From NCBI GenBank assembly GCA_039666315.1, contig JAVSME010000011.1:19971-83970 (forward strand): a stretch of 64,000 nucleotides of DNA, given 5' to 3'. The position numbers were made by a program, and so were the translations under genes. Below are positions 30,215 through 39,900 of this stretch, piece by piece. The stretch is from Bellilinea sp. Lineage in GTDB: Bacteria > Chloroflexota > Anaerolineae > Anaerolineales > Anaerolineaceae. Under the pieces are notes generated by a model. It made no database searches and was not told the origin of the DNA. It saw nothing but the letters and a program-made list of their open reading frames with translations. The first letter of the stretch is position 1, and each line of letters opens with the position of its first letter.

Positions 30215-31015
30215 GTGTCGTCCATCACAACGGGTCAGGGAATTCTCCATTATGAAGTGTACGGTCGGGGCAAGCCGGTCATTCTGTTGCATGGCTGGCT
30301 GGGTTCGTGGGGTTTGTGGCAGGAGACAATGACCTTCCTGGGGCAATATTACCGCACCTATGCCTTGGATTTTTGGGGTTTTGGCGAATCGGGTAAAAAA
30401 CTGGATACGTACCGGGTGACCGATTTTGCCGCCCTGGTTGACCAGTTTATGGAAAAGTTGGGTATCTTCAGCGCGCCCCTGGTTGGACACAGCATGGGCG
30501 GGACGGTCAGCCTTTCGGTGGCACTGCGTTATCCGCAGCGGGCGCAAAAGGTGGTCATCATTGGATCGCCGGTGGTGGGCAGTTCGTTGGCGCTGCCGCT
30601 CAAACTGGCGGGGATGCGCCTGGTGGCTTTCTTCCTGTTCGGGTTGTTTCCCGTCTTTCGGGCGGCGGTGCGGGTTGCCTCCCCAATGATCTGCCGCGAC
30701 CCGCGCTTCCCGGACATGATGGATCGTGATCTTTCGCGCACGACGTTACAATCCTTTTTAACCAGTATTGCTTCGCTGCACCGCACCGACTTGCGCAAAG
30801 AAATCCAACACATCCAATTGCCGGTTATGGGCATGTTTGGTGATCGTGATAACATCGTTCACCCGAACCAATGGAAAGCGCTGCGCGACGGGCTGCCGCA
30901 GTCACGCATCGAACGGTATCCGAATGCCGGACACTTCATCATGCTGGATGAACCGCGATCGTTCATGCTGACTCTTAAGAATTTTCTCGACAGTCAGAAT
31001 GGTGATACTCCATGA
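30215..31015 (+). CDS. Alpha/beta hydrolase with intact catalytic triad
   Basis: LLHGW oxyanion motif, GHSMGG, GDRD and AGH. Confidence 0.9.
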   Translation: MSSITTGQGILHYEVYGRGKPVILLHGWLGSWGLWQETMTFLGQYYRTYALDFWGFGESGKKLDTYRVTDFAALVDQFMEKLGIFSAPLVGHSMGGTVSLSVALRYPQRAQKVVIIGSPVVGSSLALPLKLAGMRLVAFFLFGLFPVFRAAVRVASPMICRDPRFPDMMDRDLSRTTLQSFLTSIASLHRTDLRKEIQHIQLPVMGMFGDRDNIVHPNQWKALRDGLPQSRIERYPNAGHFIMLDEPRSFMLTLKNFLDSQNGDTP

Positions 31016-31599
31016 CTACGGATAGTTTTTTCGTTTGCAACCAACGGTGGACTGACCTTGTTCTGGAAGGCGTGCGCGAAATCCTCGCTGAACAAACGTT
31101 GGATGAATTGCTTGCCGACATGCGCCAGGATTCTGAGCAGCCGGCAGATTTCAGCCGCCTGCGCGCCGCGCTGGAACAGCGATATGGGATAGAGACAGCC
31201 AACGGCGTGTTGCTGCGCGCCGGGCGGGCGGTGTTCACCAATATTCTTAAGTCCTATTCTGTCGAGATGGGTTTCGAGGAATTGGATTTTCGCCTGCTGG
31301 CACCCCGCAAAAAAGTGTTGAAGGGCATGCAACTGTTGGCGGGCTTTTTAACGGCGCAATGCGGTTGTGCTATTACGGTTTCCAGCCAGAACGGGTTTTG
31401 GCTGTGGAGCATGGCTGATTGCTTCGAGTGCGCTGGCATTGACCGCAAAAAACCGCTTTGTTATTTCACCGTGGGGATGCTTCAGGAGTTCATGATGTGG
31501 GTGAGCAGTGGGCGCACCCACCCGTTGCGCGAATCCGGCTGCTGCGCGATGGGCGGCAGCGCCTGCATGATCGAGATCGAACAGCGCGCTTTGGATTGA
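31012..31599 (+). CDS. Stand-alone V4R-domain protein
   Basis: L.RAGRA.F, DCFEC, LCYF..G.LQE, E..CCAMG...C.I.I, the V4R Cys pattern. Confidence 0.85.
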   Translation: MTTDSFFVCNQRWTDLVLEGVREILAEQTLDELLADMRQDSEQPADFSRLRAALEQRYGIETANGVLLRAGRAVFTNILKSYSVEMGFEELDFRLLAPRKKVLKGMQLLAGFLTAQCGCAITVSSQNGFWLWSMADCFECAGIDRKKPLCYFTVGMLQEFMMWVSSGRTHPLRESGCCAMGGSACMIEIEQRALD

Positions 31600-31608
31600 G
31601 AGCCGGGT

Positions 31609-32886
31609 ATGCTTAAGATCATCCTGCAATGCCCGCGATACCTCGAACCGTTCAATGAGCGCGCCCGCGATTTGCGCATCCTTAATAAACCGCTCTGGCT
31701 GCAACAGCGCGATGTGCTTGCCCCGTACACTACCCGCGAGGTGGAATTGCCCCCGGAAGCAAGGCTTCCCCAAACGCGCGAAGCGTGCATCGTCTACCGG
31801 GATAACCTGTATTTTGATAGCGGTTACATGCAGGCGTTTATACAGGCAGCCAGGGGGCGTCCGTATGCTTCGCGCGCGGCTTTCACCACTCAGGATCTGG
31901 CTTTTCGCGAACACTGCCTGCCGCTTTCCACGTCTTATACCCCGACAGGCGAGGTTTTCCTGGTTGATTTGTGGTACTACCCGCGCGGACCTGAGCCAAG
32001 CGCCGAACCGCTGGTGATTGATTTGCAGGCGCGCGAAATTGGTTATTACCATGTGCCAACCTATATGGCGAGTGAATCGGGCGACCTGGTTTATCAGGTG
32101 CCGCTGCGCAGCCTGATTGCCATTGACTCGTGGGTGCATGTCTTCATTGCCGATACCGTATTTGGTTTATTCGGGCGCGGCGCGCGCTTTGAAAACCGCC
32201 TGAACACGGATCCGTGGTTTAAGTTAGGCGTTTTGGGCGCGGCGTTGTTCGAAGGGCGCCAGGTGCTGCAATGTTCACGCCTGGTGCAGGTTGGGCGTAA
32301 CTGTTCGATTGACCCCAGCGCTGTGATTCACGGTCCAACCAGCATTGGGGATAATGTCACTGTGGGCGCCGGGGCAGTGATTGAAAACTGCATTATCGGT
32401 GATAACGTCAACGTCTCGCAAGGCTGTCAGCTGATGCTCTCGGTGGTTGGGGACGGCACGTTTTTGCCCTTTCGCGCCGCGCTGTTTATGACAACCATTA
32501 TGGACAACAGCATGGTGGCGCAGAATACCTGTCTGCAAATGTGCGTCATCGGGCGCAATACCTTCATCGGCGCCGGTTCGACCTTTACCGATTACAACCT
32601 GGTGCCTTCCCCAATCCGCGCGCGGGATGCGCACGGCAAACTGCAATTTTCCAACCGCCCGGTGTTGGGCGGCTGCGTGGGGCATAACTGCCGCATTGGG
32701 GCGGGGATGATCATGTACCCGGCGCGGACGATTGAATCGGACGTGCTGTTGTTTGCTTCCAAAGAGCGGCGGGTAATTGAACGTGATATCCGCTACGAGG
32801 ACAGCGACCATCACCAGTTAAAAGCCGGAAAGATGCATCCACGGCTTTACCCGCGCCCTGGCGAAGTGGTCAGTGAAAGCTGGTAA
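31609..32886 (+). CDS. Degenerate nucleotidyltransferase-like domain plus left-handed beta-helix (hexapeptide repeat) protein
   Basis: LEPFNE.ARDLRILNKPL resembles an NTP-transferase N-terminus without the G-x-G-T-R loop. VGRNCSIDPSAVIHG..IGDNVTVGAGAVIENCIIGDN hexapeptides follow. Confidence 0.7.
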   Translation: MLKIILQCPRYLEPFNERARDLRILNKPLWLQQRDVLAPYTTREVELPPEARLPQTREACIVYRDNLYFDSGYMQAFIQAARGRPYASRAAFTTQDLAFREHCLPLSTSYTPTGEVFLVDLWYYPRGPEPSAEPLVIDLQAREIGYYHVPTYMASESGDLVYQVPLRSLIAIDSWVHVFIADTVFGLFGRGARFENRLNTDPWFKLGVLGAALFEGRQVLQCSRLVQVGRNCSIDPSAVIHGPTSIGDNVTVGAGAVIENCIIGDNVNVSQGCQLMLSVVGDGTFLPFRAALFMTTIMDNSMVAQNTCLQMCVIGRNTFIGAGSTFTDYNLVPSPIRARDAHGKLQFSNRPVLGGCVGHNCRIGAGMIMYPARTIESDVLLFASKERRVIERDIRYEDSDHHQLKAGKMHPRLYPRPGEVVSESW

Positions 32887-33077
32887 TCCTCAACCATTCC
32901 TTACAGCTTCCTAACCATCTTCCCTTTACAGGGGGTTTTTTGTTGCCAGAAAGCGCTGTTTTGCGTAAGATTAAGTGTTGTAACCCGACCCCACTGCCTG
33001 GTTCCCCGGCTGGGCGGGGTGTGTTTAGCTGACATCATCCAGGGGAAAGTCCATGCCTGAAATCGAGGGAGGCACTC

Positions 33078-33968
33078 ATGAGTAAAGCCCGCCTGTTGAT
33101 CGTGGAAGATGACATTGACATTTCCAATATGCTGCGCATTTATTTTTCATCCCAGGGCTACGACGTGGATATTGCCCCGCGCGGTTCGGACGCGCTGGAT
33201 AAAACCCGCCAGGTTATGCCGCATTTGTTGATTCTGGATATCATGCTGCCAGATATTGACGGATACGAGGTTTGCCGTGTATTGCGCACCAATACGCGCA
33301 CCAGCCATATCCCGGTGCTTTTCCTGACTCAGCGCGACGAGCGCAGCGATAAATTGAAGGGTCTGGAACTGGGAGCGGACGATTACATCACCAAGCCGTT
33401 CGATATCGAGGAACTGAAACTGCGGGTACAAAACGCGCTGGCGCGCGCCGAACGGGAGAGTCTGACCGACCCGCAAACCGGCTTGCCATCCGGGCGGTTG
33501 ATTGAAGATCAATTGCGAAAAATGATCCGCCTGACGGACTGGGCTTTTCTGGATATCCGTATCAACAACTTCGAATCCTTCAAAGACGTGTACGGTTTCA
33601 TTGCCGGAAACGACGTATTGCGTTTTACGGCGATGCTGCTAGGTGAGGTGGTGGATGAAGCCGGCAGCAACTCCGATTTCATTGGACATGTTGGCGGGGA
33701 TAATTTTGTGATTGCCACTTCCACCCAAAGCGCGGCAATGGTCAAAAGGCGGCTGAAGGAACGGTTCAAGGATGAGGTGCTGACGCACTACAATTTTATG
33801 GATAGACAACAGGGATTTATGCTGGCGCCGGGAAAGGGGAATGAAATGGTTCAAACCGCTTTCATGACCCTGGCTGTCGGGGTTGTTTCTCCACATACTC
33901 ACCAGTTTGCTGATATCCGGGAAATAACCGAAATTGCTGCCGAAGAACGCCGCCGTGATGCGGTCTGA
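33078..33968 (+). CDS. Response regulator: REC plus degenerate GGDEF
   Basis: VEDD, LDIMLP, FLT and ITKPF receiver residues are intact. Output domain has D.QTGLP and GGDNF. Confidence 0.88.
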   Translation: MSKARLLIVEDDIDISNMLRIYFSSQGYDVDIAPRGSDALDKTRQVMPHLLILDIMLPDIDGYEVCRVLRTNTRTSHIPVLFLTQRDERSDKLKGLELGADDYITKPFDIEELKLRVQNALARAERESLTDPQTGLPSGRLIEDQLRKMIRLTDWAFLDIRINNFESFKDVYGFIAGNDVLRFTAMLLGEVVDEAGSNSDFIGHVGGDNFVIATSTQSAAMVKRRLKERFKDEVLTHYNFMDRQQGFMLAPGKGNEMVQTAFMTLAVGVVSPHTHQFADIREITEIAAEERRRDAV

Positions 33969-33986
33969 TAGAACTGGAATGCCGGC

Positions 33987-36900
33987 ATGGCACTGAATGA
34001 TCCATGGGTGCTGGGCGTGGTGATAGCCGGCAGCGGCTTGCTGTTTTGGGCGGCCGCGGCTCTTATCCTGCGCTGGCTGTTACACCCGCATACCGCCGCA
34101 ACGCCTGCCCCCGAAAATATCCCCTCTCTTGAGGATTTCGGTGGGCAGGCATTGCTGGTCATCCAGCCCGGCGGCAGACTGGTGTGGATCAGTTCCGCAG
34201 CGCGGCAAATCTTTGACGTTAAGGATGGCGAAACCCCCAATCTGGAACGATTGGGCCGTCTCACCCGCCCAGCCAGCGCGCTGTTTAACCTGTGCGCTCA
34301 GGATGGACAAGCCCGGCTGATTATCGAAGGTAAACCGGTGGATGGGCTATCGTTTCTCATCCCGCTAAAGCCGGCCGGTCTCCGCGTGGTCAGCCTGCGC
34401 CAACCGGAAGCCGTCAGCGCCATTGCAGCCAGTCCGGACGGGGCGCTGTCAGCCCAGACGACGCAGGTCTTCATTGAGTTGACCCAAACCATGGCTGCCA
34501 GCCTTGATTTGGAAGATACACTCTTTTCGATTCTTGAAAATCTGGACCGTATTTTACCAGCCGATTTTCGCGAGATTACAGTCTATGATGCCGATACGCG
34601 CACCTTCATTCCCTACCGTATGCAGGTGCAGGCAGATGGGGATCGCCAACTGGTGATTGCCAGCGAGCGTTATCCTCACGGAGAGGGTTTATCCGGCGCG
34701 CTGGCGAGGGAACGCCAGCCGCTGCTTATTGCTGACCTGGACAATGCGCCCGAGCTCACCCCGATGATTGACCGGCGGAAATTTCCGCTGCGCTCTTTTC
34801 TCGGCGTCCCTTTGATGATGGGTCAGGAATTAATCGGCACGCTGGAACTGGCGTCCTTTACGACGGATACCTTCCACCCCCAGGATCGTGACCTGCTGGC
34901 GTTGATCTCCGGGCAGGCGGCGGTAGCCATCCATAACGCCTTGTTGTATCGGCAGGAACAACGCCGTTTGGCTGAGTTAAACGGTTTGGCGCAGTTGACT
35001 CAGGCATTCAGCTCGGTGCGTGACAGCAAAGAGTTGTTCGAACGCCTGGTGAATGCGATTCAGTCCCTGGTGAAAGTGCGCATCCTGGGTTTTTTGCTTT
35101 TTAATGAAACTACCCATACTCTGGAGGGGCAAGCGCCATTTGCCGGTATTCCTGACCAATTCCTGGAATATTACCGCATCCCGGTTCCGCCGGGCAGCCT
35201 GCTGGAAAAAACTTTGCTCGATCAGGATGTATTGATCAGCGACAATGCCGGTGAGGACGATCGTTGGTTGGAATTGGGATTGCAGCCCGCCGCAATCACC
35301 GCCGGTCTGAAAGATGCAGTGATGATGCCGCTGGCGGTGAGCGGGCGGGTGTTGGGTTATTTGCAAGCCGCCAACCATCACGAAGAAGGCGCAACGTTCA
35401 ATCAGGAGGAACTTCACCTGATGATGATCGTCGCTAACCAGGTTGCGCCAATCATTGACAATGCGGCTTTGGTGCAACAATCCCGTCAACGGGCACAGCG
35501 GGCTGAGGGATTACGCCGCATTGCCAGCCTTGCCAGTTCTGCCGCGACGCTGGATGAGATGTTTAAATACTCCTTGCAGGAATTGGCGCATTTGCTGCAA
35601 GCAGACCTGGCGACGGCGTTTTTGCTCGATCAAAACCGGGTGACACTGCAATTGCACCGTCCCTCGCGCTACGGGGAAAGCAGCGAAATTCCCGAACGCC
35701 TTACCCGCCTGCTGGCGGAGGATGCCCAATTTCCCTTCACCGCTGCGGGCAGCCAACATACCTTCCGGTTGAACCATTCCGTTGAGGAAAAACCGGTCGT
35801 TCCCTTTTACCAGCAATTGATTCAGTCCTGGAAGATCGAGTCGCTGATTATTGTGCCGCTGGTGGTGCGCGATGAAGGGATTGGCGAGGTGTGGATAGCC
35901 AGCCGCCAACCCAATTTTTTCGATCCGGGCGACGTGCAGTTGATGGCGACGGCAGCCGGTCAACTGGCAGGGGTGGTGGAACGAAATTACCTGCTGATGC
36001 AAACGGATGAGACCCTGCGCCGGAGGGTGGAGCAGATGACCTCGCTCACCCGTGTGACTCGTGAATTAAGCACCTCTCTTGACCTGAAATATCTGCTGCA
36101 ACTGGTTTACGATGAAGCCCTGCGCACCACCCGCGCAGATTGCGGCTCAATTTTATTCTTCGATCTTGACCAAACCTATGGCGATATACCGCAGATTCGC
36201 TTTTCGGTGGGTGATTCGCCGCCAGCGGCGCTCTCACCGCTGGAGCAACAGGTGATTTCCAGCCGGATGGCTTATTTGCTGCGCGATATGCAAAATCCGG
36301 ATTACCAGTTGCCTCATGAAGGGGTGCAGGTCGCTCTGATGGTGCCCATCTATCACCAGGATAAACCCGGAGGTTTAATCATCCTGCACGCTGTAGAAGC
36401 CGATCGTTTTGACGAATCGGCGATGGATATCGCACAGTCGTTGGCAGCCCAGGCAACGATCGCCCTGTCCAATGCGGTGAATTACGAGGAGCAAACCCGG
36501 CGCGGGACGCTGCTGAAACGCCAATTGGACACGCTGGGTGAGTTGTTTCAGGTAACCAACTTTCTGCGTCCCGACCAGCCGTTGGAAAGAGCGCTGGAGG
36601 CGATTGCTCAGGCGATTGTGGATGCCACGCCATTCCGGGCGGTACTGGTTAGCGCCTACGATTCCGGCGCGCGAGGGTTGCGCCGGCTTGCCTATAAAGG
36701 GCTCTCTCCCGAAACATGGTCCGAAATCAGCTCGCGCGTGCAGCCATGGCGCGGAGTCCAGCAGTTATTGCAGGAGGAATACCGCATCGGCGGTCTGTAC
36801 TTCATTCCAGCCGATAAGCAGCCGCTGGTGCCCGAAGACGTGCACACGCTGACCATCTTGCCCACCACTGCGCAGGAAGCCGAAAACCTGTGGAACGCGG

Positions 36901-39900
36901 ATGATTTTCTGCTGGCACCATTATACGACCCACAGGGGCAGCCGTTGGGATTGATCAGCGTGGATGATCCGCGCGACGCGCGCCGTCCCGACCGCCCGAC
37001 GCTGGATGCGCTGGAAATATTTGCTGTCCAGGCGGCGCTGCTGCTCGAAAATCACCGCTATATGGACAGTTTGAAGTCCGATTTGGCGGCTGCGCAGCAG
37101 GACAGCCATCACCTCAACGAGGCAGCCCAGTCTGCCCGCGAACAAGTCCCGATGTTGCTGCATCGCCAAGTGGAACAAACCGTCGAAATCCGCCGGTTGT
37201 ACCGCCAGTTCGAACGGGTAAGGGCAGGCTTGGACATTGCCGCGTATGCAAGCCAACAGCGGGATACCCGCGCTGCCCTGATTAGCATGGGGCGGGCGCT
37301 GGTTGAACATTTTGGCTGGCAGACGGCTCTGGTAGCGGAAGGCAGCCGGCAGGGAGCGCGCTTGATCGAGGTAATTGGCAGCCTGCCGGTGGGCGCCAAC
37401 CCAGAAGCGCTGTTTGGGCAGCGCAATCCATTACGCCAGGCGCTGGTGGATGGCAAATTGCTTCTGGTCAACCAGGTTGATGGCTTGGCGGGTTGGCAAA
37501 ATACCCCGTTATTGAACGGGCTGGCAGCGCAAAGTTTTGCTGTTTTCCCGTTCGAGATTTCATCAGAACGGCGCGGCGCGGTTTTGATTTGCGGCAGCCA
37601 GGCGGCGGCACCTTTTGATGATGAAGATTACCAGATCTATGATCAGTTATGCCGCCAGGTCAGCGTAAGCCTGCAAAACCTGGAATTGCTGGCGGAAACC
37701 CGCCGCAGGCTGGGAGAGGTGGACCTGCTGCTCGAATTCAGCCGTAAACTGGGTACGCTTGACCCGCTTAGCATCCTCACGACTCTGTTGGAAAGCACGC
37801 TGCAGGCAATACCCGCCGTGGATGCTGGATGGGTCGGCTTGCTCGATGAAGGCAATTACCAACTGCAACCGCTGGCAGCCCAGGGTTATACAAACCCGGC
37901 GGACTTGATTGCCATCCGTTACGCTCTGGAGCGCACTCCACCACCGCTGCCGGTGCAGGTTGTTCTGAGTGGGCAGCCTTTACGCGCCCGCGATATTCAA
38001 TTTGCGCAGGATTACAATCTGTCGGCGGAGGACTTAATCCGTTATCGAGAAGCAACCCGCGGGCGGCTGCCGGTTTCGGCGCTAGTCACGCCCATTCGCC
38101 TGGTTGAGCGCAGCATGGGGGTATTGGTGTTGGAAAGCTTTGACCTGGCGGAGGGATTTTCGGTGGATAACGAGAACCTGGCGCTGTCCCTGGCACAGCA
38201 AACCGCGCTGGCGCTGGAAAATGCCCGCCTGTTTGGTTCAATTGAACAGCGCACATCCCAACTGCAAGCGCTGACCCAGGTTTCAGCGATGATCACTTCC
38301 AGCCTGCAAAGTGATGCGCTGATTGCCAGCCTGCTGGATCAATTGCAGCAGGTGGTGCCTTTTGATACGGCTACGCTTTGGCTGCGCTCCGCCGACCTGA
38401 TTCGCGTTGCCGAAGCGCGCGGCTTCGAAGACGAGGAGTCGCGCATTGGTTTGACCGCCCGGGTTGAGGATAGTGCCTTATTCCAGGAAATGAGCCGCAC
38501 CGCTTTGGCGATTTCGGTGCCGGATGTGCGGGGCGATGACCGTTTTACCAAACTGTTAGTCCCGGAGTATCTGTCCTGGTTGGGAATTCCGCTGGTGGCA
38601 AAAGCCGAACTGATCGGCGTGATTGCGCTGGAAAAACGGGACGCAAATTTTTACCGCGATGATTTCATCCAGGCAGCGATGACCTTTGCCGGTCAGGCGG
38701 CAGTTGCGTTGGATAATGCCCGTCTGTTCGAGGAAAGCCAGCGCCGGGCTGGCGAGCTTGACCAGCGTTCCAGCCGCCTCGCGCTTTTGAATCGCTTCTC
38801 CAGCGATTTGGGCGTATCGTTGGATGTGCGCCATATCTTAAATTTGACCTGTGAGCGCTTGTCCGGCGCGTTGGATGTTGCCCGGGTGGCGGCAGCGCTG
38901 TTGCACGAGGATGACGAGATTATCGTGGTCAGTGAAAATCCGCCAGCGGAAGGGCATTTGCCGCTGCGGCTTCCGAGCACGCCAATCGTCGAACAAGTGC
39001 GCGAAACGCAAGGCGTGTTCAATACCGAAAATATTGAACAGGAAAGCGGACTGGAAGGATGGAAACCTTACCTGACCTCGCGCGGCGTTCGCGCGCTGGT
39101 GATCATCCCAATGGTGACCGGTCAGGATTTGCAGGGGTGGCTGCTGCTGCAATCCGAGCAGGCACGCCGTTTTTCCGCCCAGGAAATCGAACTGGCGCGC
39201 ACCATCAGCAACCAGGCGATCATTGCGCTGCAAAACGCGCGCCGCTTTGAGGAAATCCGCCAGTTGAAAGAGGCTCTTGAACAGCGCGTAGAGGAACGGA
39301 CGGCCGCGCTTAGCCGCGAGCATCGCAAATCTCAAACCATGCTTAAAGTGACCACCGAGCTTTCCGCCAGTCTGGATATTCAACAGGTTTTAACCCGCTC
39401 GTTGAGCGTGTTGAATGAAGCAATGGAGGTAGAGGAAAGCCTGATCCTGCGCGATGCCGGGCGGCTGGTGGTGCGCGCTGGCGGCAAGCCGCTGGAAAGC
39501 ACATCCGCAGAGAGCGAAAATTCCCTTGAACGCCAAATTCACCGCTGGTTGATGCGGGTGAAAAAACCAGCCATGATTGCTGATGTGCACCAGGATTCGC
39601 GCTGGCAGATGGATACGGATAATCCGCCCGCTTATCACAGTATTGCGGCTATTCCTTTGATTTTGGGGGAGGAGTCGCTGGGTAGTTTATTTTTATTGAA
39701 ACAACAGCGTGATTATTTCAATGAGGAGCAACTCCACGTGCTCGAGGGCGTGGCACGCCAAATTGCCATTACCTTGAACAATGCCGAACTGTTTACTCTC
39801 ATCCGCGACCAGGCGGAGAATTTGGGCGGGATGCTTCGGGATCAGCAGATCGAAGCATCGCGTTCGCGCGGAATACTGGAAGCCGTGGCGGATGGGGTAA

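Noticed and set aside
32908-32918. TTCCTAACCAT shared with 49988-49998 as a regulator site
   Set aside because: One 11-mer match between AT-rich intergenic regions is expected by chance, and there is no further support.
32980-33060. Riboswitch in the leader of the REC-GGDEF gene
   Set aside because: A GC-rich hairpin is possible, but I could not match any known aptamer consensus, including c-di-GMP.
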